Shown: piece after piece, positions 1-11,148 of the stretch
How positions within the stretch are numbered: the stretch's first letter is position 1
Layout of the letters: every line of letters begins with the position of its first letter
From: Octopus bimaculoides
Taxonomy: Eukaryota
Reading direction: 5' to 3'
Length of the DNA stretch: 64,000 nt
Assembly (NCBI RefSeq): GCF_001194135.2
Contig: NC_068983.1
Location: forward strand, 110,269,225-110,333,224
Made by a program: the position numbers and the translations under genes
The notes under the pieces: model-generated
What the model was told of the DNA's origin: nothing
The model's input: the letters and a program-made list of their open reading frames with translations, nothing else
The model's database searches: none

Positions 1-123
1 GGCTTTATCTAGTGTTATATTGCTACTTTTAACTAATTTTCCTCTTTTCAGGGTTGCTTTGGCACATTTTTCTAATCCGAATTTCATTTCTACTTCCTTG
101 GTAAAGCCGTGTACTGTCTGTAG

Positions 124-189
<66 letters not shown>

Positions 190-190
190 T
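124..190. repeat. (TTA)n microsatellite; TAA tail/target of the adjacent minus-strand R4/Dong element
   Basis: Run of TTA units read directly from the sequence. Confidence 0.97.
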
Positions 191-637
191 ACTCTTAATC
201 CGCATGTTTGTTACGATCACTTGCTGAGACACACTCAGTGTCCTAGGGTGAGTGAAGGATAAGATATGTTACAGTATGACTGAAAGATTGGGGAGGAGAA
301 GTAGCGAAATATCTTCATTGTAATACCAAGACAGACATTTAAATGGATAGGTTTTTTCTAAGGATGTGGGCAGTACTTGTCAGTACAATCTTTTGGATTT
401 CTCTGAGATATAGTTCTCTTGGGTTCTTATCTATATATTTCTGACATGCCTTTATTTTCATCATACCTAGAGCACCTACAATAACAGGAACAGTTCCGTT
501 TTATGATGCTACATTTTTTGTATTTCAATTTCCAGGTCCCTATATTTATTTAGTTTGTCAAATTCCTGTACCGATATATTCTTATCAGTGGGAACACTTA
601 CATCTATTAACCTACAAGCATTTTCTTCATTGTCTTT
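191..637 (-). mobile_element. R4/Dong-clade non-LTR retrotransposon, 5'-truncated 3' fragment (subfamily A): end of RLE endonuclease + 3'UTR
   Basis: The minus strand translates IIIKDNEENACRLIDVSVPTDKNISVQEFDKLNKYRDLEIEIQKM, then PVIVGALG-like and KIVLTSTAHILRKNLSI*, the C-terminal PD-(D/E)xK region of RLE-type elements. The 3'UTR matches the copy at 26130-26286 and runs into a TAA tail. Confidence 0.88.
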
Positions 638-646
638 AATAATAAT

Positions 647-711
<65 letters not shown>

Positions 712-766
712 GAAGAAGAAGAAGAAGAAGAACTACAATAACAACAATAATTATTATTATTATTAT
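638..766. repeat. Compound microsatellite (TAA)n-(GAA)n-(CAA)-(TTA)n with a polarity switch
   Basis: Read directly: TAA run 638-710, GAA run about 711-731, TTA run 751-766. Confidence 0.95.
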
Positions 767-1036
767 CACGTGTTTTCACTGCACCACCGAGCGCAGCTCT
801 CTGCACACTGGGCATGTGCTGTGGTTTGTTGTGATGCTCTTATTTTTACTGTATTGAAAATGTTTTACGTAGGATGTGTGCGGTGCCTAGTAATGCTATT
901 TTCTGTGTCAGTCCTGGTGTTTTTGTTATGTATTTATCCGAATACTTTTTTTATCATACCTAATGCGCCTACTATGGTAGGAATTGTTTCTGTTTTTAGA
1001 ATTCACATTCGAGTTACCTCTATTTCCTGGTCTTCG

Positions 1037-1038
<2 letters not shown>
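767..1038 (-). mobile_element. R4/Dong-type element 3' fragment (subfamily B)
   Basis: The minus strand reads Y-E-D-Q-E-I-E-V-T-R-M..KTETIPTIVGALGMI..ALLGTAHILRKTFSIQ* plus a 3'UTR ending GTGCAGTGAAAACACGTGA(TAA)n. It is homologous to 26386-26676. Confidence 0.85.
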
Positions 1039-1122
<84 letters not shown>

Positions 1123-1130
1123 TAATAATA
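1039..1130. repeat. (TAA)n microsatellite
   Basis: Read directly from the sequence. Confidence 0.97.
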
Positions 1131-1134
1131 AAAA

Positions 1135-4100
1135 TGATGTTAACCCCACAAGTTTTTGTAATTTTTTGTGCTGTAACTCGTCCTTCAACAAGGAGCCTTA
1201 GATGCCAAGAACCCTCCTAAGTATCCTAAGTGTCCCTGTAATTCAATAGCTAGGTCCTGGTACCTTGCTATTTTTTCTATACTTCTCATATTAATTTTTT
1301 CATCATTTGGGACTGTAAAGTCAATTATCTGGCACTTTCTATTCTCGTTATCTACTACTACCAAATCAGGCCTTCTAGTTTCTATTACTCTGTCAATCCC
1401 ACAACATCCCGTATTTCTTACTTTCTAATATTTTACTAGATTTATGTTCATACCATTTATCAGTATGTTCAAATCCTAGCTTTTAACATAGCTCCCAGTG
1501 GATTGCTTTCCCTAGATTGTCATGCCTTTTGTATTCTTCCTGTACTAGCATGCCACATTCACTTACTACGTGAGTAACGCTCTCCTCTTTTGGGAATATA
1601 CTTAGCTTTTGTCTGTTTTGGCTTTTATCTAATTAATCCTTAATGCTTGATCTATTGCGCCTACTAACAAACTTTGTGTCTCTCTACAGCTATCCTTTTT
1701 GCAGCTATAACCATGTCTCACTGCAACTATTTGCTGAAACTTTCTTTGGGAATCTACCATGCAAGGCCTTCTACTGCCACTCAGATAATTTCTGTTCTTT
1801 TTTCTGATTTTAATGTTCGTTTGGTGTTTTGGTTTCCCTATGTCTTGCTGTGACTCTAACAACTTTTAATAAGGTTTCTGCATTATTACCTACATAGGAG
1901 TCTATATCTACTCTCGCTAACTCCACACAGTCTTCTACCGATATTAACTCTCTTCGCATTCCTTTCTAGCTAGGTATAATCTTGCTACTCCTGCCTTTAG
2001 GTGGAGTCCTCCACTGATATAGAATTTCCTCCTAGTTCTTCTGTCTAGCTTTGCTAATTCAGTTTTTGTCCAATCTACAAGACCTTCTGAGTATCTAAGT
2101 AATCATACTGCCCAAGTATTTACAGCCTTCACTAGATTCAAATAATTTACTTTTAACTTCATTAGCTTCCTAACACTTCTGATGTACTCTTTCTCAATAT
2201 TCATTTTCATTTCTGTAGTTAGTACACTGTCAGATTCTAATACCCGTAGATACTTATAACTCTCTCTTCCTTTCAATGATTTTAATGTTTGGCCGTCTGG
2301 TAATTGGATGCCTTCGCTGTTGACTACCTGTCCCCTTCTCATGACTAATATTGCACACTTATCCGTGCCCAATTCCATTCCTGTATCTTTATTGAAAAGT
2401 CTTACAGTCTGTATTAAGGAATCTATCTATTTTTCATTCTTACTCAAGAGCTTCAGATTATTCATGTAGAGCAAATGGTTAATTGTTCCATTAGTATTTC
2501 TGAACCGATACCCTGCCTTAATATTAACCTGATGGGGATGAAACATAAGACAAATATTAAAGGGGACAACGAGTTTCCCTGGAAAATTCATCTTTTGATA
2601 TTAACTTTCCATAAGAGTGGGTCACCTGAGTAGAGATCTACTTTCTATTTCTTCATGCTAAAGCTAATTAATTCTCTAATGTTGTCTGCTATACTGAATA
2701 TACTCAAACATTCACTTACCGATGAGTGTGGGATCAGGTCATAGGCTTTCCTATAATCTACCCATCTTTTACACTTAGAACTACTTTGTCTGCATATAAT
2801 AGACCATGCGTTCCTCTAGCCTTCTTCCTGCTACTTTTTTGTTCTTCTGGTCGTAATTTCTGGTTGTCAAGGTGTTCTTCCACACTAATGGTAAGCCAGT
2901 GATTGGTCTATAGTTGCTAGCTGTATACCTTTGTTCTTATCCTTCGTAATGAGTGTTGCGTTTCCTCTAGTCATCCAGTCTGGTATTTATAGTAATCCTG
3001 AAGTTGTTCCCCCACCTACCTATGTAAACAAATGAATTTCCTTAGTCCATGCCCTTGAACTAAATTTGTCCTGGGCCCTTCCAATTCGGCATTTTTTTGT
3101 AACACTTTATTCATTAATGTACTAGTTAATCTTAGATCTGGCTGCTTCTCACTCACTACTTCTTCCTTCACTTTCTTTAACCATACTGCATCTCCATTAT
3201 TACTAACTGGTTTATCCCAAATATTGCTCCAGAACTTTTTAGCTTCCTCTGCATTAGGTTTCTCATCTCCAGTACTTCGTTCTTCACTATTTATTTGGTT
3301 ATAAAATCTCCTCTAGTCTGTCTCAAATAATCTATTCAGTTGATACTGATCTATTCTTTTCTGATATCTGGAGAGCTTGCCTGCTATTGCTATGATACGC
3401 TGTTTCGACTCTTCTATTATTGTTCCAAAATCCTTTCTCTTTGACTAAGTGTCTTTCCTCGAGGCAACATTTGCATCTTGTGTTTCCTAACATGCTTTTG
3501 TTCTACTCAGGTCTTGTCTTCAAGTCTTCCCTTTATTTTGTAGTCTCCTTTTTCACATTTACTCTTTTTTCATCTTTCCCTGTGAGATATCTAATCGTCT
3601 GGTTACTACTACACCTCCTGCATAGATCACTATGTTAGTGTCTGCTATATTTTTAGTATCAATCTTACTGATAACAAAATTTACTTTCCTAGTCATTTCT
3701 TGTAACTTCCTTCTGTGTTTCCTAACTTGTTTCTCTTCCAGCCTTCTATTCCAGTCAGATCTTGTCTTAAAATCTTCACTTTATTTTGTAGTATCCTTTT
3801 CCACATTTGCTCTTTTTTAATATTTCCCTTTGAGACATCTAATCTTCTGGTGACTATTACCCTGCCCCAAACTGCATAGGTGCCTCTTATATTTTAAGTA
3901 TCTATCCTACTGATAACAATCTACTTTCCTAGTAATTCCTAGCAGCTTCCTTCTGTTGGTGCCTTTCAATGCTGTCAATCTTTTTCTTACTTCTTTACTC
4001 ATTACTTTCTGCAACTCATGTAAAATCTGTTTTTCCTTACTGAAATCACATATGTCGTTGGTGCCAGTTGTCACTTCCTTATTGGTAGCGTAATTATTAT

Positions 4101-4285
4101 TTTTTCCTTTGGGTTCTTCTTTGTTTGATTTGAATCTCTTATGTTGTCGTTTGTCTTTCCCACTGCCTGATCTATCTTTTCCAGTTTTCTTGTGATCTCT
4201 TCTACCTCCAATTCTGTCATCCACTTTCTTCTAAAGATATTAGCTTGATAAACTAATCTCTGCACAGTTACTTTAACACAAAAAG
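1135..4285 (-). mobile_element. Near-full-length degenerate R4/Dong-clade non-LTR retrotransposon (subfamily C): N-terminal domain, RT, zinc knuckle, RLE
   Basis: Ordered minus-strand motifs: QRLVYQANIFRRKWMTELEVEEI (about 4270-4200); IADTNIVIYAGGVVV; EEAKKFWSNIWDK; NYRPITGLPLVWK (2916-2881); LYSGDPLL; HLLYMNNLKL (YMDD mutated to YMNN, 2468-2457); GMELGTDKCAIL..YKYLRVLES..KAVNTWAV (ORF 2103-2378); HVVSEC..EYKRHDNLGKAIHWELC; RRPDLVVVD..IIDFTVPND; GTLRILRRVLGI*. Multiple stops and frameshifts. Confidence 0.92.
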
Positions 4286-4289
4286 GATT

Positions 4290-4860
4290 AAAAAGGAAGA
4301 AAGCGGGCAACAATGGTTGGCCGTCGAAGGATCCTAAGGTTTTGGGGGGTTTGGGTGAGAGACTCCGAATAAAGCGGAATAGCTCCACTCTCCCGATGTC
4401 AAGAAGAAAAGAAAAAAAGAAAGAAGAACGGGTCATTGCAGGTAAACGATGATGTGCTGTCTGCATGTCCCGAAGGTCCGTAAGTGGGAGTTGTGCCACT
4501 GGCGGGGGAAGAGCCTTCGTCGGTGGGAATTGTGCCCCCGACGGTGGAAGAAACGACCCCCACACTTATAGATAAATAATTACTTATCTTCTTGTACAAG
4601 GGCAGGGAGATGGAATAGTGGAGGAACACAAAGAGACAGTAGATATGGCTTGCACGGGATCCCGAATGGCCTCCGCAGATAGCTGTGGAGGTCATAAGGT
4701 TTACTGTGTAGGAAAAGCTGAAAAGACTGAAAGAGGAATGTCGCATATGGCCGGGTGGCCCTAACATGACATATGCTTTGTACATGAATGAGGCATGAGA
4801 AATGGCGGGGTACGGGACCATAAGCAACAATGAAGATAATGATGGATATATTGATGAGTA
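4290..4860. other. Unassigned GC-rich segment with several hairpins, abutting the truncated 5' end of the R4/Dong element
   Basis: Visibly more GC-rich than the flanks. It carries a 39-bp tandem duplication at 4478-4544 and an 11-bp hairpin at 4668-4693. I could not recognise a protein family. Confidence 0.5.
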
Positions 4861-5189
4861 GGAGGTGATAAAGCCTCGTCAGTATTAAATAGTAGGAGGG
4901 TTTGAAACCTCAATCTATTTAATTTAAATGCATTGTTTATAGTGGTTTAAAACCTCAATTGTGTGTGATTTAAAAAAAAACGTTAAGTAAGAGGTTTTAG
5001 TGCCTCCTTTTTGTAAGAGGTTTGAAACCTGATAGTGATAAAAAAAAAAAACATGTTTTCGAGAAAAATCCAGTCAGTGTGTGTTGGGTTTCATCTCTCA
5101 TCTATTCATTTTATTTCATTTTCATTCATTAATGTGTTTGTCCAGCCCGCAGCTACTCTGTATACTACCTTTATGGCAAATAAAATGAA

Positions 5190-5320
5190 ACAAAGTAGCT
5201 TGCTTACCAACCACATGGTTCCGGGTCCAGTCCCACTACGTCTTCAACTATAGCCTCGGAGTGATCAAAGCCTTCTGAGTACATTTGGTAGACGGAAACT
5301 GAAAGAAGCCCGTCGTATAT
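5190..5320 (+). mobile_element. SINE fragment (family ending GTAGACGGAAACTGAAAGAAGCCCGTCGTATAT)
   Basis: Shares GGTTCCGGGT..AGTCCCACT..TCTTCxACTATAGCCTCGG..GTAGACGGAAACTGAAA with the copies at 41072-41235 (+) and 39655-39820 (-). It has an internal deletion. Confidence 0.75.
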
Positions 5321-8300
5321 ATGTATATATATATGTGNNNNNNNNNNNNNNNNNNNNNNNNNNNNNNNNNNNNNNNNNNNNNNNNNNNNNNNNNNNNNNN
5401 NNNNNNNNNNNNNNNNNNNNNNNNNNNNNNNNNNNNNNNNNNNNNNNNNNNNNNNNNNNNNNNNNNNNNNNNNNNNNNNNNNNNNNNNNNNNNNNNNNNN
5501 NNNNNNNNNNNNNNNNNNNNNNNNNNNNNNNNNNNNNNNNNNNNNNNNNNNNNNNNNNNNNNNNNNNNNNNNNNNNNNNNNNNNNNNNNNNNNNNNNNNN
5601 NNNNNNNNNNNNNNNNNNNNNNNNNNNNNNNNNNNNNNNNNNNNNNNNNNNNNNNNNNNNNNNNNNNNNNNNNNNNNNNNNNNNNNNNNNNNNNNNNNNN
5701 NNNNNNNNNNNNNNNNNNNNNNNNNNNNNNNNNNNNNNNNNNNNNNNNNNNNNNNNNNNNNNNNNNNNNNNNNNNNNNNNNNNNNNNNNNNNNNNNNNNN
5801 NNNNNNNNNNNNNNNNNNNNNNNNNNNNNNNTATTTATGTACATACAAACATATATACACACATACACATACACACGCGCGCACACACACACACGCACGC
5901 ACGCACACACACACGCACACACACACACCCACACCCACACACATGTATATCTATGAGATTTAAAAGAAAGTACTATCGCATTTTTGACACAACCGCTTTT
6001 TCAATACGTACAGTAAAATACCCATTAATTTTATTTCCTTTCTTTGCAGACTACTTCATACATTACTGTTTAAATTTGAATCGATTTTTGCCTTTTAATA
6101 TGAGTTTATATCACATCCGTGTCAGACACTTCATGTTGTATGAATTCTAAGAGTGGGGATGGGTTTTCACCAACAGTACAGAAAGAAAGTTTGGTATGCC
6201 TACAGAAATGTAACTTTTAGTATCTCGATACGCCAACGATAGTTTCATCTGTTTCGTACTGGGAACTTCACTCTCACAGTTTACCCTCAATCTGGCGGAC
6301 CAAGTTATGTCAATATGGAGCTGCAAAACTGTAGATGAGGAATATTCAAAGCATGAAAATTACCAAAGTAGTTCAATAAATTCACATTTCTATAAATAAA
6401 AAAAAACACCTACACAAACTAGGAAATATGTGAAAAGATTGTCACTGGGTTAATCATCATTTATCTGCTTCTCAGCTTAGCCAAAGGCTTCGTTGAAGGA
6501 TAAACTTGCTACCGAAGCTTGCCTATATAGAGTAATCATAAGTGATAAAATGTTCCTATTTAGATAAACTATCTGTGATGCTTAATTTCTTGATATGCCA
6601 GAGCAACCTGATACAGTGTGGATAATTGCTTCGCCATATCATATATTCTAAATTTACTGCATCTTTTGGTTCTGGTAAGTTCTGTCGAGGAGGATTTGAT
6701 TTTGTGTCACACCCAAATACCTTTCAGTCTCTAGTTTGACACTGCTTTTCTCAATTATCGTTCTAATTTTTTTGGTTTACTTCTACCCTGTTAACAAAAC
6801 TTGTGATGTCTAGACATGGGGAGCTAAATGTCAGTTAGGGATATAACTGAATCTATGATCTTCGTGTGCGAGTTGGAGTGTGTTGTTTAGAATATAAAGT
6901 GAGCTTAATTTCAAGGCTGGTCTCTAGTTACAGAAAACTTGGCATTGAATTTGTTGTGTATAAAATTAGAGACGGTTGGTGAGGTCGACAGTGGTATAAA
7001 TGGAGTTAATGTATTGATAGGCTTCGTGTATATCTATGCACTTTGTGGTGAATCATTAACTTCTGCGTTTTTGGAAGACAGCTCCTCTGTATTGGTTCAA
7101 CGATTATAATTGGAGGCGGATGGTTCATGATTTTACGTAAGTCTCGGGATATTGCTCTTTATATGACATTTAATCACATCGGAGCGTAACAAGGGATTTG
7201 AGTTATCAAGACTTGAGTTAACACAATTATTTCTGAAAAATCGCAATGTAAATTTTCTTGACCGCTATAGTTATTTGCAATATTATTTTTAGTGTTATCT
7301 TTGCAAGCTAATATTTATATGCGATACATTTGCATATTTAATGTGTATTCTGTATGGACATTTGTAGCCTAAATAAAATTAAGTGGATCCAAAGCCGAGA
7401 GAATCTTAGTCATAAAACTGATTATCTAAGGGCTTCTGAAGTTTAAGAAGTCTAAAAATTATGGTATTTTCTGTTTTATTTTAGCATTTAATTTTTAAAA
7501 TATTTAAGACGATCTTACTTTGCAAGGATTTTTAATGGTGTATTAAATTCATTTATTGACGTTATTAGATATGTTTGTACCTAGTTTGCTGTTGAAATAG
7601 TTTAACACTTTAACTGGAAAATTTCCAATACGATATAATCAGTTATTTAAGCAGTAAAAATATATACAAAACGTTGTCGTGGTCTTGCTAATTTCATTCT
7701 TTTATTTAACATTTACTACATTTGTATTATATTTTCACAAAGATAATATCAACAATCCAATACTAATATTTTATTTATATTTAGTTTTCTGACGATTCCA
7801 TTACCTATTTTCTTTTTGGTTAAAAAGAATTCCCGTAGTGATACAAATTAAAAAAAGCAATTTTTCAGTTCTCTTAGTAATATTAAATAACGCCGAGAGA
7901 ACTGAAAAATAACCGTATTTTGAATATTCTTCCGTCTAAAAACATTCTTCTTCGTACTTACTGCTATGAAACTTAGACTCTGTCGCGTTTAAATAAATAT
8001 ATTCTTGACTACATGTTGCTTACCTTCCACTATAACAAATTCTGATTGAGAAAAAATTGAAACATGTCTTACGAGTTGACAAAATTACTTTTACAGCAAT
8101 GTTGGATAAATATCAAAAGCATTATAGTTTAATATTGTTCGCTTTATAGCATTTCTTTACTGTTTTAATATACTTTTACCATGTGATATTCAATGTCTTG
8201 ATAGTATTTTAGCTTTAGTTTCTTGTGTTCACATACACAAACTACTTTCTATACGAAAGGGTAGACATTTCACTTAAAATGGCGGCTTCAATAGAAAAAG

Positions 8301-9329
8301 AAAACGAGAGAAACCGAGAGAAAGAGATAAGAAACATAACAAAAAAGAAAAAAAGGAAGTAGAAGATAAAGAAATGTGTTAGAATATTGAATTATATAAG
8401 ATGGCAGGTTCGCTACATTCTGCAAATGATATTCGGAATATAATTTTGTGCGAGTAGAATGAATGTTATAAAAAAGAAAGAAAAATAATATTCCCAGCAG
8501 ACTGATGCATGAGGTAAGTGCTCCCGTCAGTTGATGTCAGAGTCCAACTAGAAACACTGAAGCTATCAAATTTGGGAATGTGTTGTAGTGAAGTGTAAAG
8601 ATACGATACTGTCTCGAGAAACTTCATGAAAAATAAGTATATTCCTTTGATACATCAGTAAAAAAGAAAGGAGATATTCGGATTTTCATTTATTATGTCA
8701 TTTTATACAGATGATTGCATCCGAAACCTACATGAATTTGAAAGTTTGTAAAGGCTGTAGAATGCTTAATGTTGCAGAGACAAAGAAAGTTAAAGGAAAC
8801 GAGTATATAGTATAACAATTCTATTAAATAGTCAAATGTAATTATGTGGATGGAGCTATAACTTTGTATAAATTAAGACTTTGTTAACTGAATTAAAAGC
8901 AACCCCCCACAAAAAAATCCCTCTTATATGAACATCATTATAAACTTGAATAGACAGAGTAAACGTAGTAATTTATACGCATTTGTTTCCCACCATAATT
9001 ACAGGTAACTTTAAATATATAAAGGCAATGATAGATTTACATTGAAGCTAATAATACGCTACTTTAATTGAAATGCTTCAGACTTGTAAGGGAGTCGTGG
9101 CATTCAACTTTGATACATACCTGAAGTAGAGCAGAATTAAAAAAATGTAAACTAATTTGTGATCTTCTGAAGATTATCTCACACTATGTGGTCTTCTGAA
9201 GATTATCTCCGACTATGTGTATAATCGCTAAAGGCTGCTTTATTCCTTATGAAGAAGGATGTCTTGTTTTTAATGCTAGCTTAATTGCACTCCGATCTTT
9301 AAGGGAAAAGGATATCAATGATGAAGGTT

Positions 9330-10470
9330 TAAAAATACCCATTAAAAACTAAACCAAAATGCCTCACATATCCAAACAGCATTGAAATGAAGGAGAGGGA
9401 TCTGTTGCCAAAGTTTGAAAATGATAAAAACGCATACAAGATTAAATTATCTAATGTAGCAATGAAAGAAATACTGTGAGAAGGTGCAGCTTATCTAACT
9501 GCTAGCAGTAACATTGTATACTCCACGAAAAAGGACTTAAAACAAATAAAAAGAACAAACATGCCAACAAACAACGAAAGTAGAAAGTCAGATTACAAAA
9601 GGAAATTAAATATCCATGAAGAGAAATATCGATTGCTGATGAACCTTTGAAAGGAATAAATGTCAAATGTAGAAAAACGAGAAAAGTTAAAAGAATGTGC
9701 AAGATAGCATGAACAAAATATGTTTACTATCAAGGAGACCCACAACTAACGAATACAAATCAAAACACAACGGTTAAGAACGTACAAAACAGAAGTAAAG
9801 TTTATAGAATAGAACAAGATTTTCGAAACAGGTCCAAAGAAATGTTGTTACGAAACGGGGAGACAAGCAATTGAATTATATGATCCACCTACTTTGAATG
9901 TAGTTGAAGAATTTTGGAAGAACATCTGATGTAGATGAAACATAAACAACAAGGAAGCAGGTTGGATCATCAGGGAAAATGAAAAGTGAAAGACCTGGAA
10001 CATTAATAAAGGGTATAAATATGTAGACAGGCTAGAATCTACAGAATTAAAGCAAAGTCGAAGGGCCTTAAAATTCTAAAAGATTAAATAGCAACACAAA
10101 TCTCTGCACGGCTAATATCAACTTCTCTCCAAAGAGGCGTATGTTGATCATCCGTAAACCTATCAGTGGCTGCAAAGTTAATGGTTCAAAGTAAAAAGAA
10201 AAAACAAAGAGATTAAATCTTAGTACTAAAAGGTAGAGCTTATTTACATGGAACTAAGAAGACAACACTCTCAAAAGATGAAGCAGATCTAAATCGCAGA
10301 GATGTGATGAACAAGTCAAGATAATAAACTATATAATTTCTGGGCACTCCATCATGCGTTCAACCGAATATAAATCTAAGCAATGTTCGGATCGGCCTAT
10401 ATGTTTACCGGATGCTATTAAAACATTATGGGGTAGAACCCACTAGAAAAAAGTTATGAACGTTATTTCC
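9330..10470 (+). mobile_element. Old R4/Dong-type fragment: N-terminal region joined to the zinc-knuckle region
   Basis: Degraded + translation: KTQRLRTYKT..PPTLNVVEEFWKNI*..NKEAGWII (about 9760-9975), then about 10290-10470 RRCDEQVKIINYIISGHS..TEYKSK..KHYGVE..KSYE, a degenerate CCHC/RHD region. Many stops. Confidence 0.65.
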
Positions 10471-11087
10471 AGTTGTTTCTACACACTGAGTCTAAATTGC
10501 AATATTCCCGATGAAGACAATTGAAACAACACTAAATTGAAGAGTAATCTGTTTATCGTATTAACTATATATGCACATTTCAAGACCATCATGCGGTGGG
10601 TTTTGTTCGAGAGAACATCTCTTCAGAGAGATGTTTCATTTTCTATATATCGAAGCACAAATTTAGTTTAAACAAATCACAAACAATTGTACGGCATTGA
10701 CCATTCTCAACTTGAACGAATCGCATCTCTCACCTTCATGACTTATTGCTACATTGATGATCGCCTCACTCCAACGTGCGTTGTGCTTGTAGGATATTAT
10801 AAATGAAGAGATTTTTCGCAGACACCTTCGACAGTAACACGTTTTTCAACGATCTATAAACCTTAAGAAAAAACGCTCACCCCTACACACAGACACACAC
10901 ACACACACACACTCACACACACACACACACACATACGTATATAATAGAGAATATCCCATTCCCAGTACACAGATACTCAGAGTTACTCGTGTCCGACCAT
11001 CAGCTGGTAATCCAATCGTGCTCTTCTTTTGAAATAGTCACTTTGAATATTTTGAAACCTGAAATGAAAGTTCGAAGAAAACGTTTT

Positions 11088-11148
<61 letters not shown>

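Noticed and set aside
20-1220. Poly-L/I/N ORFs, also at 24856-25140 and 26217-26850
   Set aside because: They are translations of TAA/TTA microsatellites joined to retroelement fragments.
4399-4830. 143-aa minus-strand ORF with PGHMRH, resembling a zinc-knuckle remnant
   Set aside because: The Cys residues are absent and there is no other family motif, so it is not supportable as a CDS.
5204-6150. Long ORFs (200-270 aa) in the track here and at about 11.0-11.7, 12.9-13.3, 14.7-15.0, 23.7-24.5, 41.9-42.2, 47.2-47.7 and 54.4-54.8 kb
   Set aside because: They are open only because they run through N-gaps and dinucleotide repeats (poly-X, YI, CV and HT runs).
8500-8810. Splice-like signals (GAG/GTAAGT at about 8514; TTTTATACAG/ at about 8710), also 55330-55376 (CTCCAG/..TTG/GTAAGC)
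   Set aside because: The peptides are short and unrecognisable, there is no consistent exon chain, and such signals are expected by chance in 64 kb.
9163-9219. 29-bp direct duplication (TCTTCTGAAGATTATCTC..ACTATGTG x2)
   Set aside because: Only two units with no spacer; an ordinary local slippage duplication, not CRISPR-like.
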